A stretch of 64,000 nucleotides of DNA from Gemmatimonadaceae bacterium (GTDB lineage: Bacteria > Gemmatimonadota > Gemmatimonadetes > Gemmatimonadales > Gemmatimonadaceae), in the NCBI GenBank assembly GCA_025928335.1, contig JAICJQ010000004.1:6228-70227 (forward strand), given 5' to 3'. Positions 17,775 through 26,519 of the stretch are shown here, one piece after another. Numbering within the stretch: position 1 is the first letter of the stretch; every line of letters begins with the position of its first letter. The position numbers and the translations under genes were made by a program. Below the pieces are notes generated by a model, which had not been told where the DNA came from, did no database searches, and saw nothing but the letters and a program-made list of their open reading frames with translations.

Positions 17775-19388
17775 TTAGGGCTTTTTCGGCGGCGTCGCTC
17801 GGGTTCCGTTCGCCAGCGGCTCACCGGCCGAGGCGAAGAGATCGCGTTGCGTCGCGCCCTTTTCGACCAATTCGATTGCCTTGCGGAGCGCGGCGTCGTA
17901 GGGCAGGTCGCGTCGCTTGGCCGTGGAATCGCCGAACGCATAGTGAGCGACGCGCTGGTCGAGCAAGCGGCTGACGTAGCGGCTTGCGCCATCGTACAAC
18001 TTGCGATCGTTCGTCACGGCCTTCGACTGAAGCCGGTTGTAGAACTCGTTCATCCACGCCGGCGTAACGGTAAAGTTCGGCTGGGCGGATTTGCCGAGCT
18101 CCATGCTGTAGTCCTCGAGCGTGCTGCGGAACTCCTGGCTCTTCGGCGCAACGGCGCGGGCGAACTGCTGCTCGGGCGTTGTGAGCGTGTCGTCGGCCAC
18201 AATGACGTCCGGGGTGATGCCACCCCCGCCGTAGACCGTGCGACCCGCGTCCGATTTGAATGACGGGCGCGTCTTCTTCGTCGCGTTGGTCTCATTGGAG
18301 TCCGGTGTTTCCTCGACGAACGCGCCGTTCACGAACTTGCGCGGGCGCTGAATCGACCGGCCGCTCGGCGTGAACCATTTGCCGGTCGTCAGCTTGAGCG
18401 CGTAGCCACCGTCGAGCGAGTAGACGCCCTGGACGAGACCTTTGCCGAAGCTGGTCGAACCGACGACAAGCGCCCTGTCGTGATCCTGCAGCGCGCCAGC
18501 GACGATCTCGGACGCCGAGGCGGTGCGTTCATCGGTGAGGATGACGAGCGGAATCGTTGGCGCAATCGGACTGGTCTTGGCATTCTCGACCTGCATCGGC
18601 CCTTCACGTCCCTTGACGGAAGCAATGAGCTGGCCCTGCGGGATGAACATGTTGGCGACCTGCAGGCTTTGCTCGAGAATTCCACCCGGATCGCCGCGAA
18701 GATCGATGATCAGGCTTTTCGCACCCTTGGCCTCGAGTGCGCGAACCGCCTGCATTGCATTCTCGGCCGCATTCTCATTGAACTGCTGGAGAGGGATGTA
18801 GCCGATCTTGTCGTTGAACGTGAGCGTATAGGGAACCGCCGGAATGCGGATGATGGCGCGGGTGAACGTGCCGTTGATTGGAGAGTTTACGCCTGGTCGG
18901 GCGAACGTCACCTTCACCTTCGTGCCCGGGTTTCCGGTCAACGAGTCTGACACCTGATTGATCGTCCAGCCGCGCGTCGACATGGTGTCGACCTTGACGA
19001 TCAGATCGCCCTCGTGGACGCCGCCGGCTTCGGCGGGCGTGTTTGGATAGACCGTTACCACACGAACGGTCTTGGTATTGGGCTCCGGCTCGATGAGCAT
19101 ACCGAGACCGCCGTAGCGGCCGCCGGTGCGACTGTTGAACTGCTTCAAGTCGCGCGGCGTCAAAAGCTCGCTGTACGGATCGTTAAGCTCCTTCACGAGT
19201 CCGGCCGCTGCTTTTTCGTAGACGTCGGGCTGCGGCAGGGTGTCGACGAAGCGCTCGGCGACGAGCGTCATGACTTGGTCGAGGAGCGCAGCGCCTTCGC
19301 GTTGCGGTCGAGCCTGGAGGAAAAAGCCGCCTCCGACGACCGGAATCAACAAAGCGCCGGCGAGCGCGAGCTTACGATTGCGTTGCAT
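17775..19388 (-). CDS. ctpA: S41A C-terminal processing protease (PDZ plus peptidase)
   Basis: GGLGM PDZ loop, IDLRGDPGG, TASASEIVAGALQD, SFGKGLVQ, GITPD. Confidence 0.92.
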   Translation of the reverse strand: MQRNRKLALAGALLIPVVGGGFFLQARPQREGAALLDQVMTLVAERFVDTLPQPDVYEKAAAGLVKELNDPYSELLTPRDLKQFNSRTGGRYGGLGMLIEPEPNTKTVRVVTVYPNTPAEAGGVHEGDLIVKVDTMSTRGWTINQVSDSLTGNPGTKVKVTFARPGVNSPINGTFTRAIIRIPAVPYTLTFNDKIGYIPLQQFNENAAENAMQAVRALEAKGAKSLIIDLRGDPGGILEQSLQVANMFIPQGQLIASVKGREGPMQVENAKTSPIAPTIPLVILTDERTASASEIVAGALQDHDRALVVGSTSFGKGLVQGVYSLDGGYALKLTTGKWFTPSGRSIQRPRKFVNGAFVEETPDSNETNATKKTRPSFKSDAGRTVYGGGGITPDVIVADDTLTTPEQQFARAVAPKSQEFRSTLEDYSMELGKSAQPNFTVTPAWMNEFYNRLQSKAVTNDRKLYDGASRYVSRLLDQRVAHYAFGDSTAKRRDLPYDAALRKAIELVEKGATQRDLFASAGEPLANGTRATPPKKP

Positions 19389-19454
19389 GAGCACGTCCAG
19401 CGTGTGGTGTGTATTGAACGATAACCTTGGCAAAAACGACTCCCAAATCGACGG

Positions 19455-19649
19455 TCATTCGTCGTGGGATTCGGGATCGGACACGGCGTCCGCGGCGTGT
19501 CGGGTCCAGAGAGACTTCCAGGATAGTGCCACGCCGGAACGGAAGCGCTTTTTCGTCAGCCGAAAGCCCGCCGGCGAGATGGCAATTGTAAACGGCTCGC
19601 CATCAATCTCGATTTCTCGGCGGATAGTTTTGTCGAGCTTGGTAGCCAT
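19455..19649 (-). CDS. Small hypothetical protein (64 aa)
   Basis: MATKLDKTIRREIEIDGEPFTIAISPAGFRLTKKRFRSGVALSWKSLW looks like a compact beta-rich domain; same strand as its neighbours. Confidence 0.6.
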   Translation of the reverse strand: MATKLDKTIRREIEIDGEPFTIAISPAGFRLTKKRFRSGVALSWKSLWTRHAADAVSDPESHDE

Positions 19650-19725
19650 GGGGTGTCGTCGGAGTGATACACTGGCCAACCCGGGCGGTTCTGTCGAGAG
19701 CGGTTGAGTTCGGTCGCGCAGGGTC

Positions 19726-20580
19726 TCAGACGGCCTTCCGGCCAGCGAGTACGTAGTCGACGAACCATTCCCTGTGCTGTTGACGAACAACGGCTTCACG
19801 GATCACTCCGGCTTCCTTCAGCATGTCGTGCGCGGGCTGGAGAACGCGCTGCAAATGCGAAGGGTATCGTTGCGATAGCGGGAGCTGATCCCGAAGGCGA
19901 TCGAGCGCGACGCGCCAGGTCACTGTGTCGCGAACTCGCGCCGCTTCGAGCAGGCGAAAGAGCCTTCGGGCGACGGGCGACGGAAGCGAGAAATACCGCA
20001 CAACATTCAGCGGTACAACGTGACGCGCCGCGAGGTTTTGCCGGATGATCGGAGAAAGAATCACGCGCGCCTCTCCCGGTTCAGCGGCGACCACGGTAGG
20101 GAAAAGTGCCAGTTGGTCGCGCTCGCGGGAGCGACGGCGCTCGATCATAACGGAGCTCAACAAGGTGAAGCTCAGGTCGGCGGGACCAGCCGTGACAGGG
20201 TCGAAGTAGCTCTGCTCCGACTGAAGGGTGGTTCGCTCGAGACGCGTGAGCGCGCCGCGCAACTGCTCATACGTTCGACCGTCGGCCTGGCGACCCATCG
20301 AACGGAGAAATGCGTGGAGCGTGAAGGTGATCGCGCCATCCGCGGGCTCGCCGGCCTCCTGGAAACGGTGCATCAACTCGATGTAAACGTCCTGGTCGAA
20401 GGTGCCCGGAAGGCGATCGCCGGGACTGGCGAGCACGCGCCAACGCCCCCCCTCTTCGGTCGCGTAGGAAATCGCCGCATCTTCCGGCGTGTCGCTGAGG
20501 CGAAAGAGGGGCAACTCCTCGAGTGAACGGTCGAGGAGAACGCTTCGGGCCTGAGATCGGCGCTTGGCGGCGAGGCTCAT
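19726..20580 (-). CDS. Replication initiator protein A-like (plasmid-type RepA/RPA winged-helix protein)
   Basis: LEELPLFRLS, LPGTFDQDVYIELM, ITFTLHAFLRSMGRQADGRTYEQLRGALTRL..TTL, RYFSLPSPVARRLFRLL, LQPAHDMLKEAGVI follow the RPA/TrfA-like layout. Confidence 0.75.
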   Translation of the reverse strand: MSLAAKRRSQARSVLLDRSLEELPLFRLSDTPEDAAISYATEEGGRWRVLASPGDRLPGTFDQDVYIELMHRFQEAGEPADGAITFTLHAFLRSMGRQADGRTYEQLRGALTRLERTTLQSEQSYFDPVTAGPADLSFTLLSSVMIERRRSRERDQLALFPTVVAAEPGEARVILSPIIRQNLAARHVVPLNVVRYFSLPSPVARRLFRLLEAARVRDTVTWRVALDRLRDQLPLSQRYPSHLQRVLQPAHDMLKEAGVIREAVVRQQHREWFVDYVLAGRKAV

Positions 20581-20591
20581 GGACGGCAGTG

Positions 20592-21299
20592 TCAACCGAG
20601 CGGCATGACGGTCCCCGTGATCGCGCTTGCCTGTGCAGAGCATAGGAAGAGGACCGCATCGGCAACCTGCTGCCTCTCCACGTAGTGCACCGCCTCTCCC
20701 ATCGATTGCACGTTCGACGCCGTCCGAATAGAGCTCGGCGCCACAGCGTTCGCGCGAACGCCGTTCTGTCGCTCCTCGGCGGCGATCGCGCGCATCAGCG
20801 CGACGACCCCGGTTTTCGCCACCGCGTACGCAGACATTTTGGCCACCGCGCCACCGGGCAGCGCCGCCTGCGAAGCGAAGAAAACGAGCGCACCGCGGCC
20901 GGCGCGCAGGAACGGGATAAATGCTCGGGCAGTCACGTACGCGGTGGTGAGATTGATTCCGAGTTGGCGGCGCCAGACTTCGTCGGTGCTCTCGGCGACG
21001 GGGCCGCTCATACCGAATCCTCCCGCCATATGGACAAGGGCATTCAGCGTGGGACCGTGCGTGTCGCGAATGGTCTGGGCGAGGGCCGCAACAGCGGAGG
21101 AATCGGTCAGGTCGCAGGCATAGGCATACGCCTGCTGCCCAGCGTCACGAATCGCTTGCGCGCGGGCGTCCACGTGGGCCGAGGTGCGGTCGACCAGGAT
21201 GACTGAAGCGCCGGAAGCCGCGAAGGCTCCCGCAACGATTTCGCCGACCTGTCCTTCGGCACCAACGCCGGTGAGGAGGACCGTGGATCCGGTGAACAT
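20592..21299 (-). CDS. Short-chain dehydrogenase/reductase (SDR)
   Basis: LTGVGAEGQVG nucleotide-binding motif, YAVAK catalytic YxxxK, VRANAVAPS, ITG. Confidence 0.92.
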   Translation of the reverse strand: MFTGSTVLLTGVGAEGQVGEIVAGAFAASGASVILVDRTSAHVDARAQAIRDAGQQAYAYACDLTDSSAVAALAQTIRDTHGPTLNALVHMAGGFGMSGPVAESTDEVWRRQLGINLTTAYVTARAFIPFLRAGRGALVFFASQAALPGGAVAKMSAYAVAKTGVVALMRAIAAEERQNGVRANAVAPSSIRTASNVQSMGEAVHYVERQQVADAVLFLCSAQASAITGTVMPLG

Positions 21300-21384
21300 G
21301 AGCGTCGCCTCAAGAATGCGTCGTGGTAGCCGCCCGGACCAGGCGAACGTTCGCTGGCATAAAGCGTGTTACGCTAGGGGATAC

Positions 21385-22680
21385 ATGGGAAAGCTGAAAC
21401 GTATCGGTCTCGTGGCGCTGGCCATTCTCGTCCTTGCGATGGCGCTGATCGGCGTGCTGACGATCACGAGGGGAACGCCAATCGGCCGAGTGGTGACGCT
21501 GTCAGATTCGGGGCCACCCGCCATCTCGGATTCCCTGTTCGAGCGGACGTTCGAGATGTTCACGGGAACGCACATCTCGGATGGCAACGCGGTCCAGCAA
21601 GCGAACAACGGGAACGGCGTTTATCCAGCGTTATGGGCGGATCTCCGGTCGGCGCGCCAGACGATCACGGTGCAGATGTACTACTCGCTTCCGGGAGCCG
21701 TGGCGGATACGCTGGCGGCCATTCTCAGGGAACGCGCGCGGGCCAAAGTCCGTGTCCTGCTACTCGTCGACGCCTTTGGCTCGCAGCACCTCACGCGTTC
21801 CTGGATTCGCGGCTTGCGCGACGCCGGCGTGGAAGTGGCCAGACTGCGGCCGCTGCGGTGGTACACCGTGTCGACGGCCACGAATCGGTCGCACGTGCGT
21901 GTGGTCGTGGTCGACGGCCGCATCGGCTATACTGGCGGGTTCGGCTTGGCGGATTATTGGTTGGGCGATGGCCGCCATGAAGACCAATGGCGTGAGTCGA
22001 ACGTGCGGTTCGAGGGGCCGGTCGTGATGCAACTCCAGGCGGCGTTTGCGTCAGCCTGGGCCGAGGCAACCGGCGAGTTGATCACCGGCCCACTTTTCTT
22101 TCCGTCGAGCGGCTTCCAACCGGCGGGGAGCACGCACGCCGGACTGTTGTTCACGTCGCCGACGCTGGGGAGCACGCCGGCGGAACGATTTCTGGCGCTG
22201 ACGATCGTTGGTTCGCGCAAGCGCCTCTATGTAGAGAACTCATACTTCGTTCCGGACGACGACTTTCGACGGCTGCTCAAACGCGCGGCGCACCGTGGCG
22301 TGGACGTTCGGGTGCTTACGGTCAGCTCGAAAACGGACGTAAAGACGACCTGGTACGCCGGTCGCCACTGGTATGAAGACTTGCTGCGCGGGGGAGTACG
22401 GATCTACGAGTATCAGCCGACGATGCTGCACTCGAAGACGCTCGTTGCCGACGGCATCTGGAGTTCAGTCGGGTCGATGAACTTCGACAACCGTTCGATG
22501 GCTTTCAACAACGAGTCAAACCTCGTGGTGCTCGACTCGCTGTTCGGGCGTCAGATGGATTCGATTTTCTTCGATGATCTGAGGTACGCGACGGAGATCA
22601 AGCTCGAGTCGTTTGAAAAGCGGTCGGCGTGGTCGAAGCTGGTCGAGACCGGCGCGATGTTGCTGTCTCGGTTGCTCTAG
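21385..22680 (+). CDS. Phospholipase D family, cardiolipin synthase-like
   Basis: N-terminal TM; motif 1 SHVRVVVVDGRIGYTGG; motif 2 LHSKTLVAD...GSMNFDNRS. Confidence 0.88.
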   Translation: MGKLKRIGLVALAILVLAMALIGVLTITRGTPIGRVVTLSDSGPPAISDSLFERTFEMFTGTHISDGNAVQQANNGNGVYPALWADLRSARQTITVQMYYSLPGAVADTLAAILRERARAKVRVLLLVDAFGSQHLTRSWIRGLRDAGVEVARLRPLRWYTVSTATNRSHVRVVVVDGRIGYTGGFGLADYWLGDGRHEDQWRESNVRFEGPVVMQLQAAFASAWAEATGELITGPLFFPSSGFQPAGSTHAGLLFTSPTLGSTPAERFLALTIVGSRKRLYVENSYFVPDDDFRRLLKRAAHRGVDVRVLTVSSKTDVKTTWYAGRHWYEDLLRGGVRIYEYQPTMLHSKTLVADGIWSSVGSMNFDNRSMAFNNESNLVVLDSLFGRQMDSIFFDDLRYATEIKLESFEKRSAWSKLVETGAMLLSRLL

Positions 22681-22685
22681 TCGGC

Positions 22686-22720
22686 GGGGACGGGCGACGG
22701 GCGACGGGCGACCGGAGACG
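22686..22720. repeat. Tandem heptamer repeat (GGCGACG)-like, 5 units, between convergent genes
   Basis: ggggacg ggcgacg ggcgacg ggcgacc ggagacg. Confidence 0.75.
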
Positions 22721-22723
22721 AAA

Positions 22724-23275
22724 TCAGCGGATGTCTTCGCGGCCGAGAGCGGCGCGGACGGCTTCGCGCATCGCGATGAGGGCGTCTTGGCGCGACGCGG
22801 GTGAGTCGTCCCGCACGTGGAGCTCTACGCCGTCGGCAACGGGCAAGCGACGCCAACTCGCCGTGGCGTCATCGTTGTCCGGTTGCTTTCGGGTCTCGAC
22901 GGTAGCGCCGAGGGCGGCGGCCAACGAGGTGGCGACGCGTCGCTCGAGCGCATCGCCGGTGACATCCTTCATTTCTTTCTTGATGATGTCGAGCGTCACA
23001 CCCTCGCGCTGCCGGATCTTGATGGCAAGCAGTTGGAGGAAGTGGCGGTAGTTGTAGGTAGCGGCCGTTCCGGTGCCTTCGGGACGCTCGAGCAGCCCAT
23101 TGGCGACGTAGAAGCGAATTGAGCGCGCACTCGGCGCGGCGCGTGCCGAGGCGTTGGTCGGGCGAACGCCAGCGGCGTCGACGAGGGCCGTCACGTGTGC
23201 CGCGAGGCCGCGCGCGTTCCAGGGCGCATGACGGGCGTGCGCGCGCAAAAGCGCGATTGGAGACTCAGCGGCCAC
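22724..23275 (-). CDS. MerR-like HTH transcriptional regulator
   Basis: SARSIRFYVANGLLERPEGTGTAATYNYRHFLQLLAIKIRQREGVTLDII; GTG at 23275 overlaps the kinase stop. Confidence 0.8.
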   Translation of the reverse strand: MAAESPIALLRAHARHAPWNARGLAAHVTALVDAAGVRPTNASARAAPSARSIRFYVANGLLERPEGTGTAATYNYRHFLQLLAIKIRQREGVTLDIIKKEMKDVTGDALERRVATSLAAALGATVETRKQPDNDDATASWRRLPVADGVELHVRDDSPASRQDALIAMREAVRAALGREDIR

Positions 23276-24032
23276 GCGCGGACGGGGAGGGGGATGACGA
23301 AGGAGAGGGGGAGGGCAGTACGAAGGTGACGGTGGTGCCCGTGCGCGTATCGCTGTCGAGGCCAAGAGAGCCGCCATGGTCATTCATCACGCGCTGCGCG
23401 ACAGCGAGACCGATGCCGACATGCCCGCTCTTCGTCGTGACGAGCGGATCGAACGCCCCGGCGAGGACGTCGGGTGCAACGACAGTCCCGGGGTTTTGTA
23501 GCCGTGACTCCCACGATCCCTCGGGCGAGAGTGACGAGGCGATGCGAAGGTCGCTCCCTTCCGGCGCTGCCTCGATGGCGTTGAGGAGGGTATTGGTGAA
23601 AGCCTGCGCCAACTGCTCCGGGTCGAGGTTGAAAGACTCGTGGGCGGGTGCCGCTTGGTGATCGACGAGCAGCGCCTTGCTTTCGAGGGCACCACGGTTG
23701 GACTGGAGCACGTCGGTCCACACTTCATCCGGAATGCCGGGTGCGAGGCGGACTGGCGCCGGGCGGCCGTACTCGAGAAGTGCCGACACAAGGGCGTTCA
23801 AACGCTCGGCTTCGCGCATGATGCGTCCGATGTTCCGCTCAACGAGTGGATCATCGGAGATGCGATAGCGGAGCAGCTGGGCAGCGGAGGTGATGCCGTA
23901 CACCGGATTCCGCAGCTCGTGAGCGATCGCCGCCGCGACGTCTTGCGAGACTTTGATGCGAGTACGCTGGAGCGACCGGCTTGTCGCCGGCTCGTCTGGT
24001 CGTGGCTGAGTGTCAGCGGGTGGCGCCGTCAT
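23265..24032 (-). CDS. Histidine kinase-like protein (HisKA plus HATPase_c) without a sensor domain
   Basis: H-box IAHELRNP, N-box NTLLNAIEA, F/G2 boxes FDPLVTTKSGHVGIGL; G1 box degenerate. Confidence 0.85.
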   Translation of the reverse strand: MTAPPADTQPRPDEPATSRSLQRTRIKVSQDVAAAIAHELRNPVYGITSAAQLLRYRISDDPLVERNIGRIMREAERLNALVSALLEYGRPAPVRLAPGIPDEVWTDVLQSNRGALESKALLVDHQAAPAHESFNLDPEQLAQAFTNTLLNAIEAAPEGSDLRIASSLSPEGSWESRLQNPGTVVAPDVLAGAFDPLVTTKSGHVGIGLAVAQRVMNDHGGSLGLDSDTRTGTTVTFVLPSPSPSSSPSPSARGR

Positions 24033-24104
24033 GCTGGATATTAAAGCAGAACGGCGGCGGAGCGACTAGTGTGCGCTCCGCCGCCGTTCCGGTTCGGTGT
24101 ACGG

Positions 24105-24782
24105 TTAGCGGCGCTTCTTGGCCGCCTTCTTCATGGCCCTCTTGGCGGCCGGCTTTTTCACGCCGCCTTTCTTCGCGGGCTTTTTCGCTCCGCCAGACTT
24201 CTTCTTGGCGGCGGCCTTGCTCGGTTTCGCGCTCTTCTTCGCGGCTGGCTTCGCAGCCTTCTTTGCTCCACCTGACGCCTTCTTGACGGCGGCCTTCTTC
24301 GCGGGCGGAGCGACTTTCGCCGGCGGGGCCGATTTCACTGGGGCAGCCGATTTCGCGGGGCCTGCCGACTTCGTCGGCGGGGCGGATTTTGGTGGCGCGG
24401 CGGCTTTCGCCGGAGCTTTCTTCGCTGCGCTACTGTTCGTCGCGGCCGCACCCGAGGCAGTCCCCGTGCCTTCAGGGGCAGGCGCCGCAGCGGCGGCTCG
24501 AGGGGCGCGAGGTGCGCGAGGTGGACGGGCGGACAACGTTTCGGAGTCGTCTTCTTCCTCGACGGCCTCGAACTCGGTGCCACCTTCTTCGTCATCGTCG
24601 TCGACGTCGTCGGTGCTGTCCCAAAGATCGTCGCTGTCGTCCTTGTGCGTCATCCAGCCGCCGTCGTCTTCTTCATCATCGTCGTAGGATGCGCTGCCAC
24701 CACCACCGTACCCCAAATCATCGACGTCATCGTCGCGATCAGAGAATCGGTACTCCTCACGCAACTCGTCACCCCGCGGCAT
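24105..24782 (-). CDS. Bipartite low-complexity protein: Asp/Glu-rich N-terminus plus histone H1-like Lys/Ala/Pro C-terminus
   Basis: AGGAGG RBS; long D/E runs; repeats of the (A/P/T/V)KSA(P/G)P type and KKAA/KKPA. Confidence 0.75.
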   Translation of the reverse strand: MPRGDELREEYRFSDRDDDVDDLGYGGGGSASYDDDEEDDGGWMTHKDDSDDLWDSTDDVDDDDEEGGTEFEAVEEEDDSETLSARPPRAPRAPRAAAAAPAPEGTGTASGAAATNSSAAKKAPAKAAAPPKSAPPTKSAGPAKSAAPVKSAPPAKVAPPAKKAAVKKASGGAKKAAKPAAKKSAKPSKAAAKKKSGGAKKPAKKGGVKKPAAKRAMKKAAKKRR

Positions 24783-24909
24783 GCCCGCCTCCTGAGAGGT
24801 TGTTGATCACGATTGAATCAGCGGCGCGGTGGTCGAGCGACCATGATACTCGCGCCACAGATACCGATGCGAACCGCCGCACCGCACATCGGCATTTTTC
24901 AAACGCCTT

Positions 24910-24936
24910 AGTATACTGGCCCGGGCGCTTCGTCAA
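24910..24936 (-). promoter_or_regulatory. Possible sigma70-like promoter for the histone-like gene
   Basis: TTGACG-N15-TATACT on the minus strand; spacer is shorter than optimal. Confidence 0.3.
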
Positions 24937-25015
24937 GAAGAAACACTGCCGTTGGCCGTGGCGCGAAACGATTCGCGAAAGCCCGGGTGTCGCGAGCGCG
25001 AAATCTGACGGGCAA

Positions 25016-25876
25016 TCAGTCCACGAATTCGACCGACACAGGGTGGTCGATCAATCCTCGCTCCACGCCGCGCTGTAGGAACTGGCGGACGGCTTGGCGT
25101 CCGCGATCGCCGTAGTCCAGCGTCCAGGCGTTCACGTACATGCCGACGAAGGTGTCGGCGCGCTCGCGCTCCAAGCCTCTCGCATACTGCATGGAATGGT
25201 CGAGCGCCGCCGTCCTATGCTGTAATGAATATGCGATGCTGTCATGAAGGTGGCGCGAAATCTTGGCTATCAGATCGCCCCCGAGGTCCTTCCGCACCAC
25301 GTTGCCGCCGAGGGGAAGCGGCAGACCGGTCTCAGCGAACCACCATTCGCCAAGGTCCTGAACGAGGTGAAGGTCGCGATCCCCATACGTGAGTTGTCCT
25401 TCGTGGATGAGGAGACCGACATCAACGTCCCCAGCTACAACCACATCCTCGATTTGGTCGAACGGAACGACGACAGGCTCAAAATCCGGCTCGAAAAGAC
25501 GCAGAGCGAGGTACGCGCTCGTGAGCATCCCGGGGATCGCGATTTTCTTTCCACGAAGCTGATCACGGGACATCTGGGTGCGCGCGACGAGTCGCGGTCC
25601 GTACCGGTCGCCCATCGATGCGCCGTGCGGCAATAACGCGTACTTGTCGGAGAGATAGGCATATGCATGGATCGAGACGGCGGTGACCTCGAGCTCTCCG
25701 CGAAGGGCACGCTGATTCAACGTCTCGATGTCTTGAAGCTGATGAACGTAGGACAGCCCTTCGGTATCGATCTTTCCGGAGGCGAGCGCATAGAACATGA
25801 ACGCGTCGTCCGAGTCCGGACTGTGGGCAACGTGAATGGTCGTCATGACGGTGGGGTCGGGAAGGGGAGCGGTCAC
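25016..25876 (-). CDS. mqnD: 1,4-dihydroxy-6-naphthoate synthase (futalosine menaquinone pathway)
   Basis: AHSPDSDDAFMFYAL, DIETLN, GLLIHEGQLTY, DLGEWW..ETGLPLPLGGN, MYVN. Confidence 0.88.
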   Translation of the reverse strand: MTAPLPDPTVMTTIHVAHSPDSDDAFMFYALASGKIDTEGLSYVHQLQDIETLNQRALRGELEVTAVSIHAYAYLSDKYALLPHGASMGDRYGPRLVARTQMSRDQLRGKKIAIPGMLTSAYLALRLFEPDFEPVVVPFDQIEDVVVAGDVDVGLLIHEGQLTYGDRDLHLVQDLGEWWFAETGLPLPLGGNVVRKDLGGDLIAKISRHLHDSIAYSLQHRTAALDHSMQYARGLERERADTFVGMYVNAWTLDYGDRGRQAVRQFLQRGVERGLIDHPVSVEFVD

Positions 25877-25916
25877 GCGGTAAAGCTACACGACCGCCCC
25901 CGCCCACGCGTCGTGA

Positions 25917-26360
25917 TCACTGCGCGTGACGACCGCCCGGTTCAGAGATTCGCTCGACAGTTTCGCCGGCGCGACTCGTGTCCTTTGTTTTTCGAAGCAC
26001 GTCCGCCTGCGACACGATGCCGACGAGAGATCCGCGTTCGTCGACGATCGGGATGCGGCGGACCTTCTCCGTGCGCATCGCGTCCATGACGTTGCCGACG
26101 TCGTCGTTCTCCTTGCACGTGGCGAGATCATCGGTCGACATGACATCACGGACGCGGCAGGTGCCGTCCTTTCCGTCGGCGATGCAGCGGATGGCGATGT
26201 CGCGATCGGTAACGACGCCAACGAGCTGCCGATCAGAACGTCCTTCGACGACAGGCACGATGCCGACGTCTTCCCGTTTCATCACCTGAGCTGCTTCTCG
26301 CACGCTCGCGTCGGCCGTGACGCAACTCGGATCCCTGGTCATGATATCCTGAATTTTCAT
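25917..26360 (-). CDS. CBS-domain pair protein
   Basis: MKIQDIMTRDP, LVGVVTDRDI, VRRIPIVD..GSLVGIVSQAD; GGAGGAG RBS. Confidence 0.92.
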   Translation of the reverse strand: MKIQDIMTRDPSCVTADASVREAAQVMKREDVGIVPVVEGRSDRQLVGVVTDRDIAIRCIADGKDGTCRVRDVMSTDDLATCKENDDVGNVMDAMRTEKVRRIPIVDERGSLVGIVSQADVLRKTKDTSRAGETVERISEPGGRHAQ

Positions 26361-26519
26361 CGTGCTCCTCCCTGACAAATAGGCATCTCGTTTTCGGGGG
26401 CAAAGCGCATGCCGAGCAAGGATGCTCGGCTTTACAACGGGCGTCACGCGGTCTTAGCGTTGAAGCGACCTGCACCCGAGGAATTCCTGCCGCAACGCTC
26501 TCGCTCGCTCGCCCCCGAC

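Noticed and set aside
19400..21400. Integrated plasmid or prophage around the Rep-like gene
   Set aside because: No integrase, att-like repeats, partition or transfer genes, iterons or compositional shift were seen.
24118..24687. Phe/Ala-rich hydrophobic ORF on the + strand
   Set aside because: Reverse complement of the Lys/Ala-rich histone-like gene, which has the strong RBS.
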